54,853 nt of DNA, taken from positions 1-54,853 of the forward strand of contig JAGOEH010000002.1 of assembly GCA_017997825.1 (NCBI GenBank), given 5' to 3'. The translations under genes were made by a program, and so were the position numbers. The notes under the pieces are model-generated. The model was not told the DNA's origin, did no database searches, and was given only the letters and a program-made list of their open reading frames with translations. Below are positions 30,463-38,335 of the stretch, in pieces; the first letter of the stretch is position 1; each line of letters opens with the position of its first letter. This stretch comes from Candidatus Delongbacteria bacterium. Its GTDB lineage: Bacteria > JAGOEH01.

Positions 30463-30654
30463 TCACTTGATATTCAAATCATAAACGGAAATACTGGATG
30501 AACGCCGTGACAGTTCATCCAGATCCACTTTCCCCGGATGATTCGCCACATGGCAGAATAACTCCCGGGTTTGTGGATCGTAATGGATCAGATTATCATT
30601 CATCTTGAATGTATCCAGTACCCGACCGGTTTTCAGGGATACAAAATCCACCAA
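30463..30654 (-). CDS. Hypothetical small protein (63 codons from a TTG; 46 from the first ATG)
   Basis: ORF only, with no recognisable motif. It lies 5 nt downstream of the Rpn-like gene in a different frame. Its C-terminal SISVYDLNIK loosely resembles the C-termini of the two beta-propeller lipoproteins nearby (VVVRYKIK, IKLYRLN), so it may be a gene remnant. Confidence 0.25.
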   Translation of the reverse strand: MVDFVSLKTGRVLDTFKMNDNLIHYDPQTRELFCHVANHPGKVDLDELSRRSSSISVYDLNIK

Positions 30655-30659
30655 CCGGA

Positions 30660-31676
30660 CTAAATTTCTAACTGATCAATATCTTTAATTTTTAAAGCTT
30701 GGCGGATCAGTTCTTCCAGACGATCGATTTGCTTCAAATTCCGAATGGCTTTAAGTTTGACGGCAGGCACAGTATGAAAACGCGCTTTCAGGATAGTAAT
30801 CAGTGAATTAATGGAAGCCTCGAGTTTACCTTCGAGTTTACCCTCAAGCTTGCCTTCAAGCTTACCTTCAAGCTTACCTTCGAGTTTTCCTTCAAGCTTA
30901 CCCTCAAGCTTACCCTCGCTGTATTTCTCCTGCAAAATGATTTCATCAAAACTAGTTAAGTAGGTCATAGGTAAATCTCCTTCATCCCGCTTGATTTCAT
31001 CATAAATCAGCTTATTCTTCATCATGTCCGAAATATATAGTATTCCATCTATAAAACGAATTATGCTCCTGATTTGTTCCCGGGAAAATCCCTTATGAAT
31101 CGACTTCTTGATCAGTTCTTTCTTGAAGTAATAATACCGTTCCTCATCATTCCGGTAGCTGACGGCATAACGAGCCGCCTGAATCACCGGGCCAAACGGA
31201 TTAACCATCCTTTCCAGCGAATCTTCCGTATAATCAATCAGTTTAAGGGTATTATACCTAAATACCAGGCTGCAGCCATAAAACTCATACTCAAACCGGT
31301 CAGGCCGAAAACTTCGATTGATATCAGTGAATACAGCTGCACTGATGATCTTTTTCTGATACTTGTCATAAATCCGATAGAAATAGCGAAACATCCGCTC
31401 ACTGAAGCCGGATTGCCGATATCCCTGGATCTCAATGTGAATCAGTATCCACTGTTCAGTCTGGTCTTTCAGCTTTACCTGGATCAGCTTATCCAAAACC
31501 CTCTGTCTGTTACTTCCGGAATTCATCGAAATTTCGGACAATTCCTTATCCAGCGACAAACACGCCTCACTGAAATCAATATGAGGATACAAATCGGGCA
31601 CTATAAGTTCCAGAAACTGAGGCAGGTTTTGATCGATTACATGTTTCCACAAATCATCAAATGGAATCCTCATCAT
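30660..31676 (-). CDS. Rpn-family recombination-promoting nuclease / putative transposase (PD-(D/E)XK N-domain + DUF4351-like C-domain)
   Basis: DDLWKHVI...SLDKELSEI...VLDKLIQVKLKDQTEQWILIHIEIQGYRQSGFSERMFRYFYRIYDKYQKKIISAAVFTD...FEYEFYGCSLVFRYNTLKLIDY closely follows the D...(E/I)H(I/V)E(I/V)Q core of the cyanobacterial-type Rpn/DUF4351 family. The C-terminus ILKARFHTVPAVKLKAIRNLKQIDRLEELIRQAL is DUF4351-like. AAGGAA precedes the ATGATG start. Confidence 0.8.
   Translation of the reverse strand: MMRIPFDDLWKHVIDQNLPQFLELIVPDLYPHIDFSEACLSLDKELSEISMNSGSNRQRVLDKLIQVKLKDQTEQWILIHIEIQGYRQSGFSERMFRYFYRIYDKYQKKIISAAVFTDINRSFRPDRFEYEFYGCSLVFRYNTLKLIDYTEDSLERMVNPFGPVIQAARYAVSYRNDEERYYYFKKELIKKSIHKGFSREQIRSIIRFIDGILYISDMMKNKLIYDEIKRDEGDLPMTYLTSFDEIILQEKYSEGKLEGKLEGKLEGKLEGKLEGKLEGKLEGKLEASINSLITILKARFHTVPAVKLKAIRNLKQIDRLEELIRQALKIKDIDQLEI
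30819..30914 (-). repeat. Coding 12-nt tandem repeat x8 encoding (GKLE)8 in the Rpn-family linker
   Basis: Plus-strand units: ctcgagtttacc / ttcgagtttacc / ctcaagcttgcc / ttcaagcttacc / ttcaagcttacc / ttcgagttttcc / ttcaagcttacc / ctcaagcttacc. All differences fall at synonymous codon positions, so the peptide repeat is perfect. Confidence 0.95.
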
Positions 31677-31694
31677 CTGTTCCTTACTATTTTC

Positions 31695-31722
31695 AATATA
31701 CCTCAGAAAGGTTAAAAGTCAA
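31695..31722 (-). promoter_or_regulatory. Candidate promoter for the Rpn-family gene
   Basis: Minus strand: TTGACT (31722-31717), 16 nt, TATATT (31700-31695). The predicted TSS is ~12 nt upstream of the ATG, with AAGGAA in the short leader. Confidence 0.45.
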
Positions 31723-31918
31723 ACTTAAATTTATCGAACAGATTTCCGGATCGCATATTCTTCATTTTATTTAATCACCAGGTCTACAGTTATTGATTCC
31801 AAAATTCTTATCGCATGTAAACTACTAAAAGAGGGGGCCGAGTGAACTCAAAATGAATTCAATGCCCCAATTTTACAACCGTAATTTCTCGACAGCGAAT
31901 TACAACCTAAAAATTGTA

Positions 31919-33013
31919 TTATAAACCCTCCATTAAGCACGAGCTTTTAATCTTATATCGTACAACAACAGGATTCCTAATTTCAAATGACATATCGGAA
32001 TCGGACGGTAAAGCCATGGGAATACTCATATAAACCACCGAATCATCTGCAAACAAAAGATATTGCAATTTATTGTTTTTCAGCTTTTTCGTCCGGCATT
32101 TGTCATGGCTGATAAAAAAAAGTTCATACTGAGGAGTATTTTGAATCAGATAATTCGCTATAATGCAATCTTTTTTCAGAAATGCCATTTCCCTAAATGA
32201 ATCGAATACCGGACGAGGTAGTGATTTAAAGTTCGACGGATAATCCTTCTCCAATAACTGATAATCATTATATCCACTATGGATGATGGAAAATTCTCCA
32301 CTGGCATTATCAAACCTGAAAATTCTATTTTCTATAGAATTTGATATATAACAATTGTTTTCACTGTCAACAAGCATACAACCACCTAGACCAACGATGC
32401 TGATGGCATTCAATAACTGATCATTAAAATTAAGATTCCCTACTTTTTCTTTTTTGTTTTTAGTAATATCCAGTGAAAACAAAGAATATCCTGCCGAGGG
32501 ATTCCCATCAGAAAAGTAGATATGGTTATCACATCCTATTCCAATAGGATCAGTAAGAGCATATCCTTCAAAATGATGCCCCTGCATCAAGAGCTTCCCG
32601 TCATTGACTTTGAAGTTAATTGCATAATTAGGAGAATAGAAACACCAAACACTATTATCACTCCTGTCTTTTACAAGACAAAAACAATGAGTTTTCAGCC
32701 CGGGAAACACTTTTTCCGGATCAATGATTTCAAATTTCTTCCGAGAATAATCAATATAGATTAGTTTAAACTTCTCCAAATCCCGAATAAAGAAATGATT
32801 GTTATCAACAGCAACAAAATTCCAGATCGCTTTAATAAACAATGAATCAAAATCGAACGTTAATGTGTCGACAAAATCAAAACACGAATCAAAATCAGAT
32901 TCTTTCAATTCCACAGTTTCAATCTTATCTGATACAGCTTGCTTATGGCTGCAAAGCATAAACAGTATACAAAAGCATATAACAATCAGCCCCAACCTCC
33001 GAATAAATCTCAT
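31919..33013 (-). CDS. Secreted/lipoprotein 6-bladed beta-propeller family protein (BF3164/DUF5128-like), paralogue A
   Basis: N-terminal hydrophobic signal ending in Cys (ILFMLCSHK), a beta-rich sequence, and the C-terminal signature NPVVVRYKIK seen in the Bacteroidetes 6-bladed propeller lipoprotein family. There is a strong SD (AAGGAGGAG). The gene is AT-rich. The family call is from memory. Confidence 0.55.
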   Translation of the reverse strand: MRFIRRLGLIVICFCILFMLCSHKQAVSDKIETVELKESDFDSCFDFVDTLTFDFDSLFIKAIWNFVAVDNNHFFIRDLEKFKLIYIDYSRKKFEIIDPEKVFPGLKTHCFCLVKDRSDNSVWCFYSPNYAINFKVNDGKLLMQGHHFEGYALTDPIGIGCDNHIYFSDGNPSAGYSLFSLDITKNKKEKVGNLNFNDQLLNAISIVGLGGCMLVDSENNCYISNSIENRIFRFDNASGEFSIIHSGYNDYQLLEKDYPSNFKSLPRPVFDSFREMAFLKKDCIIANYLIQNTPQYELFFISHDKCRTKKLKNNKLQYLLFADDSVVYMSIPMALPSDSDMSFEIRNPVVVRYKIKSSCLMEGL

Positions 33014-33224
33014 TAGATCTCCTCCTTAATTATTAAAACCAATCAACAGACTGATCAATAGTGTCTGTCCATTCACTGATACCCGGTCCATGAGATTCCC
33101 CTTTCCATGAACACACCGATGAAGGATGATGAAAGAATTCCGGAAAGCTTCATAATGCCGGCATTACTCCTTCCGGCCTTCCATGCCGTTTATCCGATCA
33201 ACAATTGTTTTATCCTGTGGTTTT

Positions 33225-33253
33225 ATGATAAGGCTTTCGACATCATTTGTCAA
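33225..33253 (-). promoter_or_regulatory. Candidate promoter for propeller paralogue A
   Basis: Minus strand: TTGACA (33253-33248), 17 nt, TATCAT (33230-33225). The leader would be ~200 nt. Confidence 0.4.
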
Positions 33254-33322
33254 GCATCTTTTGGGAGAAGGATTTGAGTAGTAGCACCCCGACCATGTTA
33301 TAGTAATACCCTGATCGAATTG

Positions 33323-36300
33323 TTAATGATCCAAAATCTCCCGGATTTTGACAGACAGCTCCCGGATGGTGAAGGGTTTTTGGATGAAATGGACGCCTTC
33401 ATCTAAGACGCCGTGATGGGCGATAACATCGGCCGTATATCCCGACATGAAAAGGCGGCCGAGCTGAGGATAGATCGAGAGCATATTCTTTGCCAGTTCG
33501 CGGCCGTTCATTTCCGGCATGATCACATCGGTCATTAATAAATCGATCTCTCCGGAATGCTCACGAGCCATGGCAATAGCCTGTCCCGGAGTGGAAGCCG
33601 CCAGCACCTTATATCCCAACCCGGTCAGCATGATGGAGGTCATTTTCAGAATAGCCGGTTCATCCTCCACCAACAGGATAGTCCCTTGTCGGGCAGCAAG
33701 CGGTTCGAGTTTGGATTCTGGGCTCTGAGTCCCGCGTTTTTCTCGATGACGGGGAAGATAAATCTTGATACTGGTTCCCTGGCCCGGTTCGCTGTAGACT
33801 GTAATGAAACCGTCGTTCTGCCTGACGATACCATAAATCGTGGCCAGTCCCAGACCGGTTCCCCGCCCCAATTCCTTGGTCGTAAAAAAGGGCTCAAACA
33901 GGTGGCCCAAGGTCTCTTTATCCATCCCGGCGCCATTATCGCTCACAATCAGGCGTATGTAATCCCCGGCTTTGGCATCGGCGGCAATCCGGCAATAGTT
34001 TTCATCAACCGAGACATTTTCCGTTTCGATGGTGATTCGGCCATTGCCCTTGATGGCATCACGGGCGTTGACACAAAGATTGGCCAAAATCTGGTCAATC
34101 TGGCTGGGATCGATCATTACCGATCCGAGCTCACTGCCGGGAATCCACGATAATTTAATATTTTCCCCGATCAGCCGTTCCAGCATCCGGAGCATGCCTT
34201 CCACGGTGGCATTCAGATCGATCACAATCGGGGAAACGGTCTGTTTACGGGCAAAAGCCAGCAATTGCCGGGTCAGGTTGGCGGATCGTTCGGCGGCTTT
34301 GCGAATCTCTTTCAGATTGGCCGCTAAGGGATGATCCGGCTCTATTTCGGCCAATCCCAGATCAGTATATCCGAGAATCACGCCCAGCATATTGTTGAAA
34401 TCATGGGCCACCCCTCCAGCCAATCGTCCGACCGATTCCATTTTCTGGGCTTGCACTAACTGAGCCTGGAGTTTGTTATGCTCGGCTTCGGACCGTTTCC
34501 GTTCGGTAATATCCCGGTAGATAGACTGATAGCTCCCATCCGGCATCATCTTGGTCCTCATCTCAACATGGATTTCCTCCCCCTCAGGATTGATCATAAT
34601 CCGCTGAGCTTCAACGATCTGACCTTGCCGAAGCAAATCATACCGTAGCGGTGAAGCTTGAATACTCTCCGGTTTAAAGGGCAGATCCCGGATATCGATT
34701 CCGATGATAGCCTGGCTGGAAAATCCAATCATATCACAAAATGCCTGATTAGCCCCGATAATGATACCCTGGGGTGAACCCAGCAGAATTCCATCGACCG
34801 CCAATTCGATCAGTTCGCGAAATCGGTTTTCGCTCTCTCTCAATTCCTCCTCATGCTGCCTGCGGTCGGTAATTTCGGTCGTCATACCACATAGCCCGGT
34901 CACTTCTCCACTTGCGCTATGCAAGGGAAACTTGACCGAGATGAAATATCGATTACCATTCGGATAAGTCAATACCTCATCAAGTTCAAGGACCCGATCC
35001 GATTCCATTGCATTCAGATCATGGCTACGAAAGACCTGAGCATCGGCAGGGGGAAAGAGATCCTGGTCGGTTTTGCCAAGCACCTCTTGTCGCATCAATC
35101 CGGTTACTTCTTCCCACTTCCGGTTAACCAGTTGATACCCCCCCCGGCAGTTCTTGACATAGATCAATGCCCCGCTGTGTTCAATCAGATCGGCCATGAA
35201 CCGTTGATTTTCCCTCAACGCATCTTCCACCTGTTTTCGTTCCGTAATATCCTGACTGATCCCAAATACCCGGATCGGTTTTTTCTGATTATCCATCTCC
35301 ACTTCACCCATCGAAATCAGATATCGGAGTTCTCCTGTATCTTTTTTAAAAATCCTCATTTCCATCGAATAAGGATTACCGGTCGACAATGATTCTGCTA
35401 TGATAGAATTTGATCGATCCCGGTCTTGCGGGTGAATCCGTTCCGTTACCTCTCTGAAACTGGGATAACTATCCAAAGGAAATCCCATTATTTTCAGGCC
35501 CTCTTCAGACACAATGAAACGATCGGCTATGATATCCCAACTCCAGCTCCCAACATGGGCGATGGCCTGACTACGCTTCAGATTCTCCAACGATTCCTTT
35601 AGTACTTTCTCCGCTCTAAGACGATCAGAAACATCATAGATAAAAGAAAATAAAAGCTGTTTGCCTTTGATTTGAACTGGTCCCGAATAAACCTCAACAT
35701 CGCGGATTGAACCATCAGCTCGACGATGATGAAAATTAAAGCAGCTTTTCTTCATTGCAATAGCCGAATTCATTTCGGCGACAATTTCTTCCTGAGTTAA
35801 TATATTGATCTGGGCAATATTCATTGTCAAAAGTTCATTTCGGGTCCAACTATAATACTCCACCGCCGCCTGATTGACATCCAAAATCTTTCCGGTTTTC
35901 GGATCAAGCAGCAGCATAACCGAATGGTGGTTATCAAACAAGATCCGGTATTTTTCTTCATAATTCCTTAGTTTTTCCTCAATTATACGGTGCCGGGTAA
36001 TATCGATCCATATGCTCAAAACTCCGATGATCGCCCCATCACTCATCTTCCGCCGAGGAACAGCACTAATCTCGAACCATCGATAATCATTGGATTCCGG
36101 CACAGCCATTCCCATTATCACATTCCGCACCGCCTGTCCGGTACCAAGGGCGATCGTTCCGGGAAAATCCGAGGTATCGAAAGCCGAACCATCGTCACGA
36201 ACCGCTTTCCTCAATAAATCAGCCGGCAGCATCCCCATCATTTGATCCGGAGTGAGCATAAAAACCTCAGCGGCGGCCGAATTGGCATATAGTATCCGTC

Positions 36301-36388
36301 CATCCCGATCCTGATCAATAACGCCATGCGGCATCATTTCAAGCAAAAACTGATCCAATTCCAAAGGTGTTGATTGATTCGGCATCAT
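33323..36388 (-). CDS. Soluble multi-PAS hybrid sensor histidine kinase/response regulator
   Basis: 1,021 aa with no TM segment and about five PAS/PAC modules. Kinase motifs: H-box VAHDFNNMLGVILG, N-box NLCVNARDAI, G1 DNGAGMD, G2 GTGLGLATIYGIVRQNDG. The C-terminal REC domain has ILLVEDEP...LLMTDVIMPEMNG...FIQKPF. Confidence 0.9.
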   Translation of the reverse strand: MMPNQSTPLELDQFLLEMMPHGVIDQDRDGRILYANSAAAEVFMLTPDQMMGMLPADLLRKAVRDDGSAFDTSDFPGTIALGTGQAVRNVIMGMAVPESNDYRWFEISAVPRRKMSDGAIIGVLSIWIDITRHRIIEEKLRNYEEKYRILFDNHHSVMLLLDPKTGKILDVNQAAVEYYSWTRNELLTMNIAQINILTQEEIVAEMNSAIAMKKSCFNFHHRRADGSIRDVEVYSGPVQIKGKQLLFSFIYDVSDRLRAEKVLKESLENLKRSQAIAHVGSWSWDIIADRFIVSEEGLKIMGFPLDSYPSFREVTERIHPQDRDRSNSIIAESLSTGNPYSMEMRIFKKDTGELRYLISMGEVEMDNQKKPIRVFGISQDITERKQVEDALRENQRFMADLIEHSGALIYVKNCRGGYQLVNRKWEEVTGLMRQEVLGKTDQDLFPPADAQVFRSHDLNAMESDRVLELDEVLTYPNGNRYFISVKFPLHSASGEVTGLCGMTTEITDRRQHEEELRESENRFRELIELAVDGILLGSPQGIIIGANQAFCDMIGFSSQAIIGIDIRDLPFKPESIQASPLRYDLLRQGQIVEAQRIMINPEGEEIHVEMRTKMMPDGSYQSIYRDITERKRSEAEHNKLQAQLVQAQKMESVGRLAGGVAHDFNNMLGVILGYTDLGLAEIEPDHPLAANLKEIRKAAERSANLTRQLLAFARKQTVSPIVIDLNATVEGMLRMLERLIGENIKLSWIPGSELGSVMIDPSQIDQILANLCVNARDAIKGNGRITIETENVSVDENYCRIAADAKAGDYIRLIVSDNGAGMDKETLGHLFEPFFTTKELGRGTGLGLATIYGIVRQNDGFITVYSEPGQGTSIKIYLPRHREKRGTQSPESKLEPLAARQGTILLVEDEPAILKMTSIMLTGLGYKVLAASTPGQAIAMAREHSGEIDLLMTDVIMPEMNGRELAKNMLSIYPQLGRLFMSGYTADVIAHHGVLDEGVHFIQKPFTIRELSVKIREILDH

Positions 36389-36718
36389 CGTGCTCCAGGG
36401 GTAAATCGATTATTGATATCATGAAAGCGCCGGCGGATCGATTCCCGGGATAATCCCGGCCAAAATCCGGTATCACATGTCTCACCTTATCATAATAAAA
36501 TATATCGTCCAATGAATGTCAAGCGTTATAAAAATAAAGTCGATTTTGCCGCTACATCTAAAAAAATTTTACTATTCCCTAACGACTCCAGGTTACCCCA
36601 ATCTTTTATCCGATTCATGGTTTATCCCCGGTATAGTGGAGTAAAATATGAAATACCAAAGCGGATACATCATATCAAAGGATTTTCAGGACTCAATCAT
36701 GTCAATGATTCAGAATGA

Positions 36719-37861
36719 TTATAACAATTTATCGGTATTCAACCGGTAAAGTTTGATGCAGCGATGTGCCGGATTCATATCATTCATAGGCTCCGCTTCA
36801 TTGATGATGTCACGCTCAATAAACAAATTATTCCAGGTTCCTATGAAAAAGTGATTCGATTTTGGGATATGAGAATAAATCTTTTTTTGCTGGGTATCAA
36901 TCAGATCATAATATGTCATAATCATTCCATCGGATGCAGTACGGTTGATCGTGTCGGTCACCATATCTCCTTCTCTTTGCCAAAGATCGATCAGCAGATA
37001 ACGATCTTCAACAAAATAGAGTCTGAAAATGCAATTCATATTTAACCAGTTGCGTTTATATTTTTCTTCACATTCTTTTTCCGAGACGGAATCGATCTCT
37101 AAAAATTCATAGGGAAAATAAGGATTGGTATAATATCCTATACTCAAATCCCCCACCCAATGGCGGATTTTATATTCCTGAGTGGAACACAGAAAAGATT
37201 GACCATTGGAAAAAGCGTGTTGGATGGACATATGATGGGTTTTACAGCCCTTATACTTGTTGTTTTCCGATTCGGTATAGATGCTCCACAATGGAGTCAG
37301 GCTGTCGCTGGTTAGATCATAATGGGCAAACAACAACCCAGTGGGTTCAAAAATCATATTAATCAAGAATAGTTCAGGACCCATTTCATAAAAGCAATGA
37401 AAAATCCGGTCTGTTTTTTTCAGGGAAATCGATTTAATGAACTGATTGGTAAAGGAATAACAATTGATAGCTCCTTGGGGCCAGGTCAATACCAAGACCA
37501 TTGAATCATTGATTTGAGTCCAGTGATTGTTTTTAATCTGAGTCTTTCCAAATCCATTTTCACCAATTCGGTTAAGGTATTCACCTCGACGATTAAATAC
37601 CATAGGAAGAGGGTCCATCTCCCCCACCGCAACAATAAATGAATCATTCATCAGCACTCTGTCAAACTTAGATATCACAGATTCCGATGTACACTGCAAA
37701 ACAAAACTATCAACCACACAGAACAGATCACGACCATCTTTGATCTGTTCTGTATTACCTTGAACCAATGGAATCATGACATCCTTCCGCTGATCAGGCA
37801 CTCCTCTCCGAACACATCCAATCAATAAGTAGAACAATCCAAGAACCAGTAGCCGTTTCAT
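36719..37861 (-). CDS. 6-bladed beta-propeller family lipoprotein, paralogue B
   Basis: Canonical lipobox LLIGC, a beta-rich body, and a C-terminal NPAHRCIKLYRLN signature. SD GGGGAGGG. AT-rich. It has the same family look as 31919-33013 but is strongly diverged. Confidence 0.5.
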   Translation of the reverse strand: MKRLLVLGLFYLLIGCVRRGVPDQRKDVMIPLVQGNTEQIKDGRDLFCVVDSFVLQCTSESVISKFDRVLMNDSFIVAVGEMDPLPMVFNRRGEYLNRIGENGFGKTQIKNNHWTQINDSMVLVLTWPQGAINCYSFTNQFIKSISLKKTDRIFHCFYEMGPELFLINMIFEPTGLLFAHYDLTSDSLTPLWSIYTESENNKYKGCKTHHMSIQHAFSNGQSFLCSTQEYKIRHWVGDLSIGYYTNPYFPYEFLEIDSVSEKECEEKYKRNWLNMNCIFRLYFVEDRYLLIDLWQREGDMVTDTINRTASDGMIMTYYDLIDTQQKKIYSHIPKSNHFFIGTWNNLFIERDIINEAEPMNDMNPAHRCIKLYRLNTDKLL

Positions 37862-38208
37862 GCTTCCCTCCCCTTGTGAATGAATTACAGAATCACAGCC
37901 GGAAAAACTCCATATTATATTAATTGATAATTAAAACTCAATTAATCCGGATCCGTCAATAGATTATCATTCGACACCTATTTTCAACCCAGACTTGATG
38001 AAAAATTATGTTGCATAGTGTCAATCAATGAATCTAAAAATCTTCTCAACAACCAAAAGCGATAGCTTATAATCAGGAAAAAACAATCCGGAAAATGATT
38101 AAGTACCGAAAAAAATAGAAATCCGAATCCGGGAACAGATGATAAGTTCATTGTGACGAGATTACTCCAGTTAAATCTCCACTTTGGTATATATTATATC
38201 ATGGATTC

Positions 38209-38236
38209 AATATACTCGCTTTTTTCAGAATGTCAA
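38209..38236 (-). promoter_or_regulatory. Orphan sigma-70-type promoter candidate ~350 nt upstream of propeller paralogue B
   Basis: Minus strand: TTGACA (38236-38231), 16 nt, TATATT (38214-38209). It has the same architecture as the promoters at 2304, 16751, 31695 and 53142. Confidence 0.4.
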
Positions 38237-38335
38237 TGCCTTTTCAAAGAGCATTAACCTCCCCCCCCTAAAAACTTCAATCGAAGCTCACGGTTAATAT
38301 CATTGATAAGGAAGAGAGCTCGCTTTGAAACCGTC

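Noticed and set aside
30819-30914. Tandem 12-nt repeat considered as a CRISPR array, microsatellite or non-coding repeat
   Set aside because: The units are contiguous with no spacers. They are in frame within a long ORF, and their variation is strictly synonymous. This is a coding peptide repeat.
31074-31715. 213-aa plus-strand ORF overlapping the Rpn-like gene
   Set aside because: It is antisense to a frame with a strong family signature. It extends across the gene's promoter region and has no SD or motif.
30418-31930. Rpn-like gene considered as a bounded IS or transposon
   Set aside because: I found no terminal inverted repeats or target-site duplications flanking it. The family is not known to form classical IS elements. 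I report it as a CDS, not as a mobile_element.
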